Assembly: GCA_964373805.1 (NCBI GenBank)
Contig: CAYJWF010000001.1
Span: 47,181 to 111,180, forward strand
From: an uncultured Planctomycetia bacterium
GTDB lineage: Bacteria > Omnitrophota > Gorgyraeia > 1-14-0-20-64-10
Direction of reading: 5' to 3'
DNA length: 64,000 bases
Within the stretch, counting starts at the first letter, position 1. Every line of letters starts with the position of its first letter. Below, one piece after another: positions 9,119 through 18,433 of this stretch. The position numbers and the translations under genes are program-made. The notes beneath the pieces were generated by a model. It did not search any database, was not told where the DNA came from, and worked only from the letters and a program-made list of their open reading frames with translations.

Positions 9119-9550
9119 ATGTTCACCCTCGAGAAATCTCTCGAAAAACTGGCCAAGGCGCACCGGGAGATCGTGGCCCTTTATCTGTTTGGATCTCAGG
9201 CCACGGCGAAGAAGGGGCCTTTGAGTGATGTAGACGTCGCTCTGTTACTGGATGAGGGACGGGTCCAGCCTCGGAAACGATTCGATCTTCAGCTTGAGCT
9301 GCTCGGCGAGGCGATGCACCGTTGTAGGCGATCCGATGTCGACCTGGTGTTGTTGAACGAGGCAACCCCCTTGTTGGCCTACGAAGTGATCCGATCCGGT
9401 CGGCTCCTTTACGAGCGGGACCACGATGCCCGCGTTTCCTTTGAGGCCAAGGCACTTCAACATTACCTGGATCTAGAGCCGTTCTACCGGGTTGGTCGCC
9501 AGTACCTCAGGCACCAGCTTCTTCATGCAAAGGGGCATGGTCAATCCTGA
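9119..9550 (+). CDS. nucleotidyltransferase (MntA-like antitoxin)
   Basis: LFGSQATAKKGPLSDVDVALL minimal NTase motif; start moved to ATG 9119. Confidence 0.7.
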   Translation: MFTLEKSLEKLAKAHREIVALYLFGSQATAKKGPLSDVDVALLLDEGRVQPRKRFDLQLELLGEAMHRCRRSDVDLVLLNEATPLLAYEVIRSGRLLYERDHDARVSFEAKALQHYLDLEPFYRVGRQYLRHQLLHAKGHGQS

Positions 9551-9950
9551 GGTCGTTGCCAATCGGCTGAGTAGACTTAAGGAGTACCTGGGCTATCTGC
9601 GCAGCCTCCGGCGCTATCCTTACAAGCGGTTTTCCAGTGATCCCTTTATTCGAGGCAGTGCCGAGCGGTACCTTCATTTGGCCATTGAGTGCTGCCTGGA
9701 CATGGGCAACCACCTGATCGCGGACCGGGAGCTTCGCAAGGCCCAGGATTACCGAGAGGTATTTCTCATCCTGGGGGAAGTCAAGATCCTTCCTCCCGCG
9801 TTTGCCAAGCGGATCGCTCCCATGGGAAGCTTCAGGAACATCCTCGTTCACGATTATCTGCGAGTAGATCCGAAGAAGGTGTACGAGTTCCTGCACAAGC
9901 ACCTTGCCGATTTCACCCGGTTCGCCACGGCCATGGCGAAGTTCCTTTAG
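9537..9950 (+). CDS. HEPN-domain toxin (HepT/DUF86)
   Basis: FRNILVHDY (Rx4-6H HEPN motif); overlaps upstream NTase gene; start moved to ATG 9537. Confidence 0.7.
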   Translation: MVNPEVVANRLSRLKEYLGYLRSLRRYPYKRFSSDPFIRGSAERYLHLAIECCLDMGNHLIADRELRKAQDYREVFLILGEVKILPPAFAKRIAPMGSFRNILVHDYLRVDPKKVYEFLHKHLADFTRFATAMAKFL

Positions 9951-10874
9951 GTGAAGGGTGGCCTTCTTTTCTTGCCGCGGTACCTAGAGCATGAGGCGGG
10001 CAAAGGGCATCCGGAGTCGCCGGAGCGGCTGAAGGCGGTCTGGGAACATCTCCAAGCGGTCGGCCTGACAAAGCAGCTTGAGCTTATCGAGCCGAGCCTC
10101 CACGATCTGAACTGGATCGAGACGATCCACGATCCTGCCTATATCCGAAGGGTAAAGGAATCCTGTGAACGAGGAGATTCCCATATCGATTCGCCGGATG
10201 TTGGAATTTGTCGGGCCTCCTTCGAGATCGCGAAACTGGCGGTGGATGGGGCCTTGACCTTGGTGGATTGGGTGACGGACGGAGAAGTTCGACGGGGGTT
10301 TGGGTTGATCCGGCCGCCGGGGCATCACGCGGAGAGGGATCGAGCCTTAGGGTTTTGCCTGTTCAACAACATCGCCATCGCGGCGCGGTACGCCCAGAAG
10401 CAGTACGGCCTCAAGAAGGTCCTGATCCTCGATTGGGACGTCCACCATGGCAACGGCACCCAACACGCCTTCGAGAAGGACCCTTCTGTTCTTTATGTCA
10501 GTACCCACCAGTGGCCCCTTTACCCAGGGACCGGCCGCCGCGAAGAGAAGGGAACGGGGAATATCCTGAACATTCCGTTACCACCGGAATCTGGGGATTC
10601 CGAGCATCTCAAGGCCTTTCAGGAAGAAATCCATCCGGCCGTCGAGGCGTTTCGGCCGGAGCTCATCTTGATCTCTGCCGGGTTTGACGCCCACGTCAAC
10701 GACCCTCTGGCCAACATGTCGGTAACCGAGATGGGATACCGCCGCATGACCGGGTTTGCGGTTCGGTGGGCCGAGGATTACGCGCAAGGACGGATCGTTT
10801 CTCTCCTCGAAGGGGGATACCATCTGCCCTCCTTGGCCCGTTCGGTCCAGGCTCACTTAGAGGCGATGTTTTGA
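9951..10874 (+). CDS. histone deacetylase-family protein (AcuC/HDAC-like)
   Basis: PPGHHA, DWDVHHGNGTQ, ISAGFDAH motifs; GTG start. Confidence 0.8.
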   Translation: MKGGLLFLPRYLEHEAGKGHPESPERLKAVWEHLQAVGLTKQLELIEPSLHDLNWIETIHDPAYIRRVKESCERGDSHIDSPDVGICRASFEIAKLAVDGALTLVDWVTDGEVRRGFGLIRPPGHHAERDRALGFCLFNNIAIAARYAQKQYGLKKVLILDWDVHHGNGTQHAFEKDPSVLYVSTHQWPLYPGTGRREEKGTGNILNIPLPPESGDSEHLKAFQEEIHPAVEAFRPELILISAGFDAHVNDPLANMSVTEMGYRRMTGFAVRWAEDYAQGRIVSLLEGGYHLPSLARSVQAHLEAMF

Positions 10875-10875
10875 C

Positions 10876-10947
10876 GGGGTCAGACCTGTACCAGGTACAA
10901 AATCGGCTCAACTTTTAAAAAGTTAGGCCCAAATTGTACCTGGTACC
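10876..10947. repeat. MITE-like palindromic element (GGGGTCAGACC + GTACCAGGTAC ... AACTTTTAAAAAGTT ... GTACCTGGTAC)
   Basis: Terminal inverted 12-13-mers around AT-rich central palindrome; near-identical copy at 48459-48521. Confidence 0.7.
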
Positions 10948-10963
10948 ATATAATGTCTCCTCG

Positions 10964-12634
10964 ATGTCGCTGACCCTCGTTGCGGGAATCGTTCTGATCC
11001 TCTTCGGACTGGCCTACTTGGGTTACAGCCGGCTGTTGGCCAGGAAAGTGGGCTTAGACGACGCCCAGCCGACCCCAGCCTGCACGATGACCGATGGAAT
11101 CGACTTTGTCCCGGCCAAGGCTCCCTTCCTGTTGGGCCAGCATTTCTCGGCCATCGCCGCGGCCGGCCCGATTGTGGGACCGATCCTGGCGGGGCTCTCC
11201 TTTGGATGGCTGCCCACCTTGCTCTGGATCGTTTTGGGGGCAATCTTTATCGGGGCGGTTCACGATTTCTCCAGTTTGATCGGATCGGTTCGTCATCAAG
11301 CACAGTCGGTGGCCGAGATCGTTCAGCGGCACATCGGCCAGCGGGCCTACCTTTTGTTCCTCGGCTTCATCTGGCTCTCCTTGGTCTACGTGATCACCGC
11401 GTTCGCGGATCTCACCTCCAGCTCCTTCGCCGAACCGGTCTACGGGGGCGGGGTAGCCACCTCTTCGGTCCTCTATCTCGGATTAGCGATTTTAATGGGA
11501 ATCCTCGTCACTCGACTCGGAATGCCGTTAAGAATCGCCACCTTGATCTTTATCCCGGTTCTGGCCGTGGTGATCTGGATGGGGCAGGCGGTTCCGATCC
11601 GATTGCCGGCCCTACCCGGGATCCGACCGGTTCTGGTCTGGGATGGGATTCTGTTGGGATACTGTTTCTTGGCCTCGGTGCTGCCGGTTTGGCTGCTCCT
11701 TCAGCCCCGAGGCTATTTGGGTGGAGTCTTCCTCTATACAGCGCTGGGTGCTGGTTTGGTGGGGTTGGCCTTAGGCGGGATGCGGGTCAACTACCCGGCC
11801 TTTATCGGGTGGTCGGGATCAAGCGGTTGGCCCTTGTTTCCAATGCTGTTCGTCACCGTGGCCTGTGGAGCCTGTTCCGGTTTCCATGGATTGGTCTCCT
11901 CGGGGACCACCTCCAAGCAGATCGCCAGGGAGAGCGATTGCCGGTCGATCGGTTACGGAGGAATGTTGCTGGAAGGGTTGGTGGCCCTCATTGCTCTGGC
12001 CACGGTGATGATGTTGGCCCCAGCCGATGCCGCGACCAAACTTTCGCCCGACCGGATCTACGCGCAAGGGTTGGCCACCTTCGTGGAGCAGTTTGGGATC
12101 AATCCCCAATTCGCGATGGCCTTTGTCCTGCTCGGCTTTGCCACCTTTATCTTCGACACCCTGGATGTGGCCACCCGTCTAGGAAGGTACATCCTTCAGG
12201 AGCTGTTTGGATGGAAAGGTTCCTGGGGTCGGATCTGGGCGACTCTGGTGACGCTCGCCCTTCCGGCCTGGTGCGTCACCGCTACCGTGACCGACGCCAG
12301 CGGGAAGCTCCTCCCGGCCTGGAAGGTATACTGGACGGTGTTCGGGACCTCGAATCAGTTGCTGGCCGCCCTTACCCTGCTGGGGTTGACAGCGTGGTTG
12401 AAGAAAAGTGGAAAGCCATGGGGATTCGCTGCGGTCCCATGCGCCTTCATGATGGGAATGACCGTCTGGGCATTGGGGATTCTGATTCAAAGTTGGTGGA
12501 CCAAAGGGATGGCCGGCCAAGGGGCCCTTTTGGATCCGGTGGGGATGGCTTGTCTGCTGCTTATGGCGCTGGCTCTCATTCTCTTTAAGGAAGGGATCGA
12601 GGCCCTTCGAAAAAGCGGATGCGTAAAGCCGTAA
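10964..12634 (+). CDS. cstA: carbon starvation protein A
   Basis: Polytopic membrane protein with CstA N-terminal signature; start moved to ATG 10964 downstream of the repeat element. Confidence 0.8.
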   Translation: MSLTLVAGIVLILFGLAYLGYSRLLARKVGLDDAQPTPACTMTDGIDFVPAKAPFLLGQHFSAIAAAGPIVGPILAGLSFGWLPTLLWIVLGAIFIGAVHDFSSLIGSVRHQAQSVAEIVQRHIGQRAYLLFLGFIWLSLVYVITAFADLTSSSFAEPVYGGGVATSSVLYLGLAILMGILVTRLGMPLRIATLIFIPVLAVVIWMGQAVPIRLPALPGIRPVLVWDGILLGYCFLASVLPVWLLLQPRGYLGGVFLYTALGAGLVGLALGGMRVNYPAFIGWSGSSGWPLFPMLFVTVACGACSGFHGLVSSGTTSKQIARESDCRSIGYGGMLLEGLVALIALATVMMLAPADAATKLSPDRIYAQGLATFVEQFGINPQFAMAFVLLGFATFIFDTLDVATRLGRYILQELFGWKGSWGRIWATLVTLALPAWCVTATVTDASGKLLPAWKVYWTVFGTSNQLLAALTLLGLTAWLKKSGKPWGFAAVPCAFMMGMTVWALGILIQSWWTKGMAGQGALLDPVGMACLLLMALALILFKEGIEALRKSGCVKP

Positions 12635-13950
12635 GCGTCAAGAGAACCGCGAGATACCGTTACGCGGTAGATCTCGTCAAGAGCTTAAGGGCCGCTGGCG
12701 AAGAGGCGTTCCTCGTTGGGGGATGCGTCCGGGACCTGTTGATGAGGCGCATCCCAAAGGATTACGACATCGCCACCTCGGCCCGGCCCGAGAAGGTGGC
12801 GAAGCTTTTCCCCAAGACGATCCCCGTGGGAGTCCAATTTGGGGTGCTCTTGGTGCTCAAAGGGGGTTACCCCTACGAGGTGGCCACCTTTCGGACCGAC
12901 CAAGGTTACCGCGACGGCCGGCATCCGGTCGGGGTGGTCTTTTCCTCTGCCAAAGAGGACGCCTTGCGCCGCGACTTCACCATCAATGGTCTCTTCCTGG
13001 ACCCCCTGAAGAACCGCGTGATCGATTACGTCGGTGGAGAGAGGGACCTAAAGTCCAAGGTCATCCGGGCCATTGGAGATCCGGCCCAGCGATTTGAAGA
13101 GGACAAGTTGCGGGTGCTTCGGGCGGTCCGCTTCGCGGCGAACCTGACGTTTCCCATTGATCCCACCACCTTTCAGGCGATTCAAAAAGCGGCTCCCCAG
13201 ATCCTTCAGGTCAGCGCCGAGCGGATTCGGGACGAGCTGGTCAAACTGTTCACCGGTCCCCACCCAGGAAAAGGACTGGCTCTATTAGAGGAAAGCGGAT
13301 TGTTAAAGGTGATCCTTCCCGAGGTGGACCGGATGAAAGGGGTCCTGCAGCCGCCGGAGTTTCACCCGGAAGGGGACGTTTTCACGCACACCCAGTTGGT
13401 GTTGGATCGTCTTAAAAATTCCTCCACCGTCCTGGGTTTCGGCGCCCTTTTGCACGACGTCGGCAAGCCCCCCACCTTTAAGGTAGCCGATCGGATCCGA
13501 TTCGACGGCCACGATAGGGTCGGCGCCGACATGGCCCGAACCATCTTAAGGCGCCTTCGTTTCTCCAATGTGGAGACGGACGTCATCGTGACCCTGGTGA
13601 GGAACCACATGAAGTTCAAGGATGTCCGCAAGATGCGGTTGTCCACCTTAAAGAGGTTCGTCCGGACCGCCACCTTTTCGGAGGAGCTCAAACTCCATCG
13701 GGCCGACTGCCTCGCCTCCCATGGGGATCTCTCCAACTGGCGCTTTTTGAAGCGGAAGCTTAAAACGCTGCCGCCGGATGAGCTGAAACCGAAACGGTTA
13801 ATCACCGGGCACGATCTGTTGAAGCTCGGCTACACTCAGGGGCCCTTGATCGGCACCATCTTGAAGGCCCTCGAGGAAAGGCAACTGGAGGGAGAGTTGA
13901 CCTCTAAGGCCCAGGCCTTGACCTGGGTGAAAGAGTCGTTCCCCCAGTGA
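12619..13950 (+). CDS. cca: CCA-adding tRNA nucleotidyltransferase with HD domain
   Basis: FLVGGCVRDLL...DYDIAT head domain, HD motif LHDVGKP. Confidence 0.8.
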   Translation: MRKAVSVKRTARYRYAVDLVKSLRAAGEEAFLVGGCVRDLLMRRIPKDYDIATSARPEKVAKLFPKTIPVGVQFGVLLVLKGGYPYEVATFRTDQGYRDGRHPVGVVFSSAKEDALRRDFTINGLFLDPLKNRVIDYVGGERDLKSKVIRAIGDPAQRFEEDKLRVLRAVRFAANLTFPIDPTTFQAIQKAAPQILQVSAERIRDELVKLFTGPHPGKGLALLEESGLLKVILPEVDRMKGVLQPPEFHPEGDVFTHTQLVLDRLKNSSTVLGFGALLHDVGKPPTFKVADRIRFDGHDRVGADMARTILRRLRFSNVETDVIVTLVRNHMKFKDVRKMRLSTLKRFVRTATFSEELKLHRADCLASHGDLSNWRFLKRKLKTLPPDELKPKRLITGHDLLKLGYTQGPLIGTILKALEERQLEGELTSKAQALTWVKESFPQ

Positions 13951-14705
13951 TTCAGGCTCCCTTTTCCATACTGGCCTGGACGATGGTGGGGATCCTGACA
14001 ATCTTCTCGACCTCACTGATCGCGTTGACCTACCTGATCCACCCGTTGGTCGACCCTCTCTTGCGGATGGCCCATCGAATCGCCTCCTGGTGGGGACGCA
14101 GTCTCGTCGCCCTGGCCCCCGGTTGTCGGGTGCGGGTTTTTGGGGAGGAGCATCTTCCCGACAAAAAGCCGGTGGTTTTTGTGGCAAACCACCAGAGCTA
14201 CGTCGATATCCCGGTTCTCTTTTTTATCCGCCGTCCCTTCAAGTGGGTGGCCGATCAGGATCTTTTTCGGATCCCTTTTTTAGGTTGGGCCATGCGGATG
14301 GCCGGATACATCTCGGTGGATCGAGGCGACCGCCACAGCAGTGCGTCGACCTTAAAGCGGGCTACCCGATGGTTGAGTCGAGGGGTTTCGGTCTTTATTT
14401 TTCCCGAAGGGACCCGCAGCCATACCGGGGCCTTCGGCCGGTTTCATCTGGGAGCCTTTCAATTGGCGGCGCTGACCAAGACCCCCCTCATGCCGATTGT
14501 GGTGGTGGGAACCCGACAACTGCTGCCTCGGGGATCTTGGATTTTACGTTGGGGGGTAAGCCTTGAGATTCACATCTTGCCTCCTGTGGCGCCTTCCTCA
14601 TCGGGATTGAAGGCGATTTATCAACGGGCGGCCCAAGTGCGGGGCGAGATGCGCCAGGTCTATTCTAGGAGACTCCGAGAGTTTCGGAGATCTGGTCGTC
14701 CGTGA
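13947..14705 (+). CDS. plsC: 1-acyl-sn-glycerol-3-phosphate acyltransferase
   Basis: NHQSYVD and FPEGTRS acyltransferase motifs, N-terminal TM helix. Confidence 0.8.
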   Translation: MIQAPFSILAWTMVGILTIFSTSLIALTYLIHPLVDPLLRMAHRIASWWGRSLVALAPGCRVRVFGEEHLPDKKPVVFVANHQSYVDIPVLFFIRRPFKWVADQDLFRIPFLGWAMRMAGYISVDRGDRHSSASTLKRATRWLSRGVSVFIFPEGTRSHTGAFGRFHLGAFQLAALTKTPLMPIVVVGTRQLLPRGSWILRWGVSLEIHILPPVAPSSSGLKAIYQRAAQVRGEMRQVYSRRLREFRRSGRP

Positions 14706-15286
14706 AGGGACGTGCTACACTGAAAACTGTGTCGACCGCAGTGGTACTGATCGGCCACGGCGCTCCAGCCACCGATTGCCCGCCTCAATGGGTTGGAGAG
14801 CTGATGGGCTTACAGTGGCAGGCGGAGGGCCATTCGCATGGGGGTGGTGCGGCCGAAGGCCGAATCGCTGAGTTGGACGCCAAGATCCGGAATTGGCCAC
14901 GGCATGCCGAGAACGATCCTTACAAGGTAGGTCTAGAGCAGTTGGCCGCCGAATTGAAGGCCCTTTTGCCGAACCAGTTATCCGCCGTCGGTTACAACGA
15001 ATTTTGCCGACCGTCCATTCCCGAGGCGGTGGAGCAGGTGATCCGCCAGGGCGCCCAGCGGGTCTTGGTGGTCCCCTCCATGTTGACCCCTGGCGGGGTT
15101 CACTCCGAGGTGGATATCCCAAAGGCCCTGGAAGCGTTACGCCGGAAATATCCAGAAGTTTCGATCGAGTATCTCTGGCCTTTCGATGTGAAAGAGGTCG
15201 CGGGGCTGCTGGCTTCTCAGGTTAAGGCGAAGGGCGCTTTTTTAGACGTCCCCCGACCCACTGGCCAAGAACGGCTGCCCCGATGA
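14702..15286 (+). CDS. cbiX: sirohydrochlorin chelatase CbiX-like
   Basis: VVLIGHGAP ... VVPSMLTPGGVH pattern of short CbiX. Confidence 0.6.
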   Translation: MKGRATLKTVSTAVVLIGHGAPATDCPPQWVGELMGLQWQAEGHSHGGGAAEGRIAELDAKIRNWPRHAENDPYKVGLEQLAAELKALLPNQLSAVGYNEFCRPSIPEAVEQVIRQGAQRVLVVPSMLTPGGVHSEVDIPKALEALRRKYPEVSIEYLWPFDVKEVAGLLASQVKAKGAFLDVPRPTGQERLPR

Positions 15287-15467
15287 CCAGTGGAACGGTG
15301 GCGTAGGGAATTCCGAGGCCGATTCGAAAGGCGATGACCAATGGAATGGGAAGATGGATGGCCAGCCACCAGGGCAGGGAAAACTTCCGGAACCCCTGGC
15401 GCCAAGCCCCGAAGGGGAGATTGAGTACGAAGGTGACGAGTAAAACCAAAAACAGTTTGGTCAGCAT
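15222..15467 (-). CDS. small membrane protein
   Basis: Two hydrophobic helices; start moved to ATG 15467 (ORF-track extension reads into hairpin repeat). Confidence 0.4.
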   Translation of the reverse strand: MLTKLFLVLLVTFVLNLPFGAWRQGFRKFSLPWWLAIHLPIPLVIAFRIGLGIPYATVPLVIGAAVLGQWVGGRLKKRPSP

Positions 15468-15491
15468 CTTGAAGCCGTATGATACCACATT

Positions 15492-15526
15492 GGGTGCCAG
15501 GCACCATTTTCGGATGCCTGGCACCC
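15492..15526. repeat. GGTGCCAGGCACC-type hairpin (12-bp stem) in divergent intergenic region
   Basis: gggtgccaggca ccattttcgga tgcctggcaccc. Confidence 0.7.
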
Positions 15527-15547
15527 AACAGAGGGCCATCTAAAGAA

Positions 15548-16024
15548 ATGGATCTTGAGGCCAAGAAGAAGGCGCTGAGAAAAATCGTCCACGGCGTCTA
15601 CGTGGTCGGGGTCCAGCAGGACGGAAGATTAAACGCCTTTACCGCCACTTGGGTGACGCAGGTCTCCTTTAAGCCGCCGCTCGTGGTGGTGGGGATGGCG
15701 AAGGATTCTCTCTCCTATGCGATGGCGGCGGCGAGCCGGGTGTTTGTCATCAATTTCTTAGGACAGGACCAGAAAATGTTGGCGCAGCATTTCTTGAAAC
15801 CGGCCCACTTAGGCAGCGACAAGCTTGCCGGGATTCTGTATCGACTGGGAAAGGTTGGAGCTCCCATCTTGGAAGAGGCGGCCGCTTTTGTCGAGTGCGA
15901 GGTCCGGGACATTCATCCGGGCGGCGACCACGCCATCGTCATCGGGGAGGTTGTGGAGGCCGGGGTCCATCGGGACGTGGACCCATTGAATTTGAGCCAG
16001 ACCGGTTGGCAATACGGTGGATAA
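15548..16024 (+). CDS. flavin reductase-like FMN-binding protein
   Basis: HGVYVVGV...FTATWVTQVSFKPPLVVVG split-barrel pattern; start moved to ATG 15548. Confidence 0.65.
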   Translation: MDLEAKKKALRKIVHGVYVVGVQQDGRLNAFTATWVTQVSFKPPLVVVGMAKDSLSYAMAAASRVFVINFLGQDQKMLAQHFLKPAHLGSDKLAGILYRLGKVGAPILEEAAAFVECEVRDIHPGGDHAIVIGEVVEAGVHRDVDPLNLSQTGWQYGG

Positions 16025-17144
16025 AACGGCACTTTTAATTGTGGCGGCGAGTGAGCAGGATGCCAACCTCTATTACGCGACCCGATTCTGGGCGCCGGAT
16101 CCGTTCATCTTCGCTCAAATCGATGGCCGCAAGATCCTGGTGATGAGCGATCTCGAGATCGATCGGGCGAAGGCCCAGTCCCAGGTGGAGGAGGTGCTCT
16201 CCTTTTCCAAGCTGCAGCTTAAGGCCAAGAAAAGAAAAGGTTCCACCGGTGGAACCACCGATATCGTGGATCTTCTCTTTAAGGAGCGAAAGGTCGCCCG
16301 CGTTCGTGTGCCGAGCAACTTTTCCGTAGCCTTAGCCGACCGTTTGCGTAAGAAAGGGTACACCTTAGAAGTGGTCCCGGACCCGTTCTTTCCGGAAAGG
16401 ACCGTCAAGCGTAGAGAAGAGGTGGCCGCGATCCAGGAAACTCAGCGTTTAACCGAGGAGGCGGTTCGGTCGGCCATGGATGTGATCCGAGAGTCAGAGA
16501 TCAAAAACGGGGAACTTTGGCTTAAAGGAAAACCGCTCACCTCGGAGCTCATCCGGAAAGTCCTCCACTTGACGTTGATGGGTTCCGACTGTTTGGGCCG
16601 CGAGACGATCGTCGCGGGAGGCACTCAGGCGTGCGATCCCCATTGCATTGGAAGCGGCCCCTTGAAAGCCCATTGGCCGATCGTCTTGGATGTGTTTCCG
16701 GTTTCCTTGAAAACCCGTTACTTTGCCGACATGACCCGGACCGTCGTTAAGGGTAAGCCCTCCAAGAAAGTTAAAAAGATGTACCAGGTGGTTGAGCATG
16801 CCCAAGAGATCGCCTTTGAAAAGCTGAAAGCCGGAGTCGATGGGAAAAGCGTTCACACCGCGATCCTGAAATATTTCCAAGGCCAAGGCTTTCACACCGG
16901 CTGGATCAAAGGCCGGATGCAAGGCTTCTTCCACGGAACCGGCCATGGGGTGGGGCTCGAGATCCACGAGCCTCCTCGGATCAGTTCCACCTCAGACCTT
17001 CTCAAGGAAGGGCAGGTGGTGACCGTGGAACCAGGTCTCTACTACCTCGATGCCGGCGGCATCCGCCTGGAGGACATGGTGGTCATCACCAAAACCGGCT
17101 GTAAAAACCTCACCCCCTTCCCCAAACTCCTCGAACTGAGCTGA
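16017..17144 (+). CDS. M24-family Xaa-Pro aminopeptidase
   Basis: HGTGHGVGLEIHEPP and creatinase-like N-domain. Confidence 0.8.
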   Translation: MDKTALLIVAASEQDANLYYATRFWAPDPFIFAQIDGRKILVMSDLEIDRAKAQSQVEEVLSFSKLQLKAKKRKGSTGGTTDIVDLLFKERKVARVRVPSNFSVALADRLRKKGYTLEVVPDPFFPERTVKRREEVAAIQETQRLTEEAVRSAMDVIRESEIKNGELWLKGKPLTSELIRKVLHLTLMGSDCLGRETIVAGGTQACDPHCIGSGPLKAHWPIVLDVFPVSLKTRYFADMTRTVVKGKPSKKVKKMYQVVEHAQEIAFEKLKAGVDGKSVHTAILKYFQGQGFHTGWIKGRMQGFFHGTGHGVGLEIHEPPRISSTSDLLKEGQVVTVEPGLYYLDAGGIRLEDMVVITKTGCKNLTPFPKLLELS

Positions 17145-17171
17145 AGGTGTCCCATCGCAGGATAACTTATC

Positions 17172-17200
17172 TTGAACATTGGTAATACTTATGTTATACT
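17172..17200 (+). promoter_or_regulatory. sigma70-like promoter TTGAAC-N17-TATACT with overlapping operator palindrome ATACTATAGTAT
   Basis: -35 17172-17177, -10 17195-17200, palindrome 17196-17207, RBS aaaggggg then ATG 17225. Confidence 0.5.
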
Positions 17201-17224
17201 ATAGTATGAAAGGGGGAATACTGA

Positions 17225-17482
17225 ATGGCATCTCAAACAGCGAAGGTAGCGATCAGCATGCCGAAAGAGGTGTTTCGCTCGGTAGAGCAGACCAGGCGGA
17301 AATTGAAGATGGACAGAAGCGAGGCCGTGGTGGAGGCCCTGCAGGCCTGGCTGAAGGAACACGAGGAAAGGGAGCTGGTTCGGCAATACGTAGAAGGGTA
17401 CCGGAAGCACCCCGAATCCAAGAGGGAGGCCAAGGCTTGGACCCATTTGGCCACCGAGGTGTTTCGTAGGAATCCTTGGTGA
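17225..17482 (+). CDS. MazE-like antitoxin
   Basis: 85 aa upstream of and overlapping the mazF-like gene. Confidence 0.55.
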   Translation: MASQTAKVAISMPKEVFRSVEQTRRKLKMDRSEAVVEALQAWLKEHEERELVRQYVEGYRKHPESKREAKAWTHLATEVFRRNPW

Positions 17483-17796
17483 TGAAGAAGGGAGAGGTCT
17501 GGTGGGCTCGTTTGTCTAAGCCTGTGGGAGCACGCCCGGTCTTATTGCTTTCGCGGGATGAAGCCTATCTGATCCGAGAAAGTATCACCATTGCGCCCGT
17601 GACGACACGAAGGCGTGGTTTGTTCACAGAGGTACCTTTGAGCGCCAAGGATGGAATGCCAAGGGAGTGCGTGGTTAATTTGGATTCCATGGCGACGATA
17701 GAGAAAGTTTCTCTCATCGATCGGATTTGCGAGTTGAGTCCTGAGAAGATGAACCAGGTGCACGGGGCGATTCAGTTTGCCCTGGACCTTCCCTGA
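17476..17796 (+). CDS. mazF: MazF/PemK-family mRNA interferase toxin
   Basis: GEVWWARL...RPVLLLSRD PemK signature. Confidence 0.75.
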   Translation: MVMKKGEVWWARLSKPVGARPVLLLSRDEAYLIRESITIAPVTTRRRGLFTEVPLSAKDGMPRECVVNLDSMATIEKVSLIDRICELSPEKMNQVHGAIQFALDLP

Positions 17797-18433
17797 ACAA
17801 TTGTGGATCATGCTGAGCCTCGAACGCAGCGATCTGTCTTTCGTGCTGGAGGGTGAGCCCGATCTCATCCAGGCCGCGGATCAGGTGGTCCTTGATGGAA
17901 GGGTCGACCTCAAAATGGAACGAGATCTCCTCGGGAAGGTGCAAGGTGATCCGCTGCTCTTCTAAGTTGACCGTTGCTTCCAGTCCTTTGTAGCGGCCGA
18001 CCATCTGAAAGATCTCCTCGACCTCCGGTTCCTCCAACTCGACTGTCAACAGCCCATTCTTCGTGGCATTGTTTCGGAGGATGTCGGCAAAGGCCGGAAC
18101 CATGGTGTCTCCTCTTTTTTGTCGAGGGGCGATCACCACCTTGAATCCATACTGCTGAATAGCCCAGACGGCATGTTCCCTGGAAGAGCCGCACCCAAAG
18201 TTGTTCCGAGTCACCAGAATGGAAGCTCCTTTGAATCGCGGCGCATTTAATTCGAACTCTGGGTTCGGACGACCATCGGAGAGATGCCGCCAGTCAAAGA
18301 ATAGGTTCTCCCCAAATCCGGTTCGACCGATCGCCTTCAAAAACTGTTTGGGGATGATCTGGTCGGTATCCACATTCGCCCGATCCAGCGTGGCGATTAA
18401 TCCTCGGTGGTTTTTAAATGGAGTCAGGCCCAT
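17714..18433 (-). CDS. leuD: 3-isopropylmalate dehydratase small subunit
   Basis: [34 protein letters not shown]; start at ATG 18433; carries ~30-aa C-terminal extension overlapping mazF 3' end. Confidence 0.8.
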   Translation of the reverse strand: MGLTPFKNHRGLIATLDRANVDTDQIIPKQFLKAIGRTGFGENLFFDWRHLSDGRPNPEFELNAPRFKGASILVTRNNFGCGSSREHAVWAIQQYGFKVVIAPRQKRGDTMVPAFADILRNNATKNGLLTVELEEPEVEEIFQMVGRYKGLEATVNLEEQRITLHLPEEISFHFEVDPSIKDHLIRGLDEIGLTLQHERQIAAFEAQHDPQLFREGPGQTESPRAPGSSSQDSTRKSDR

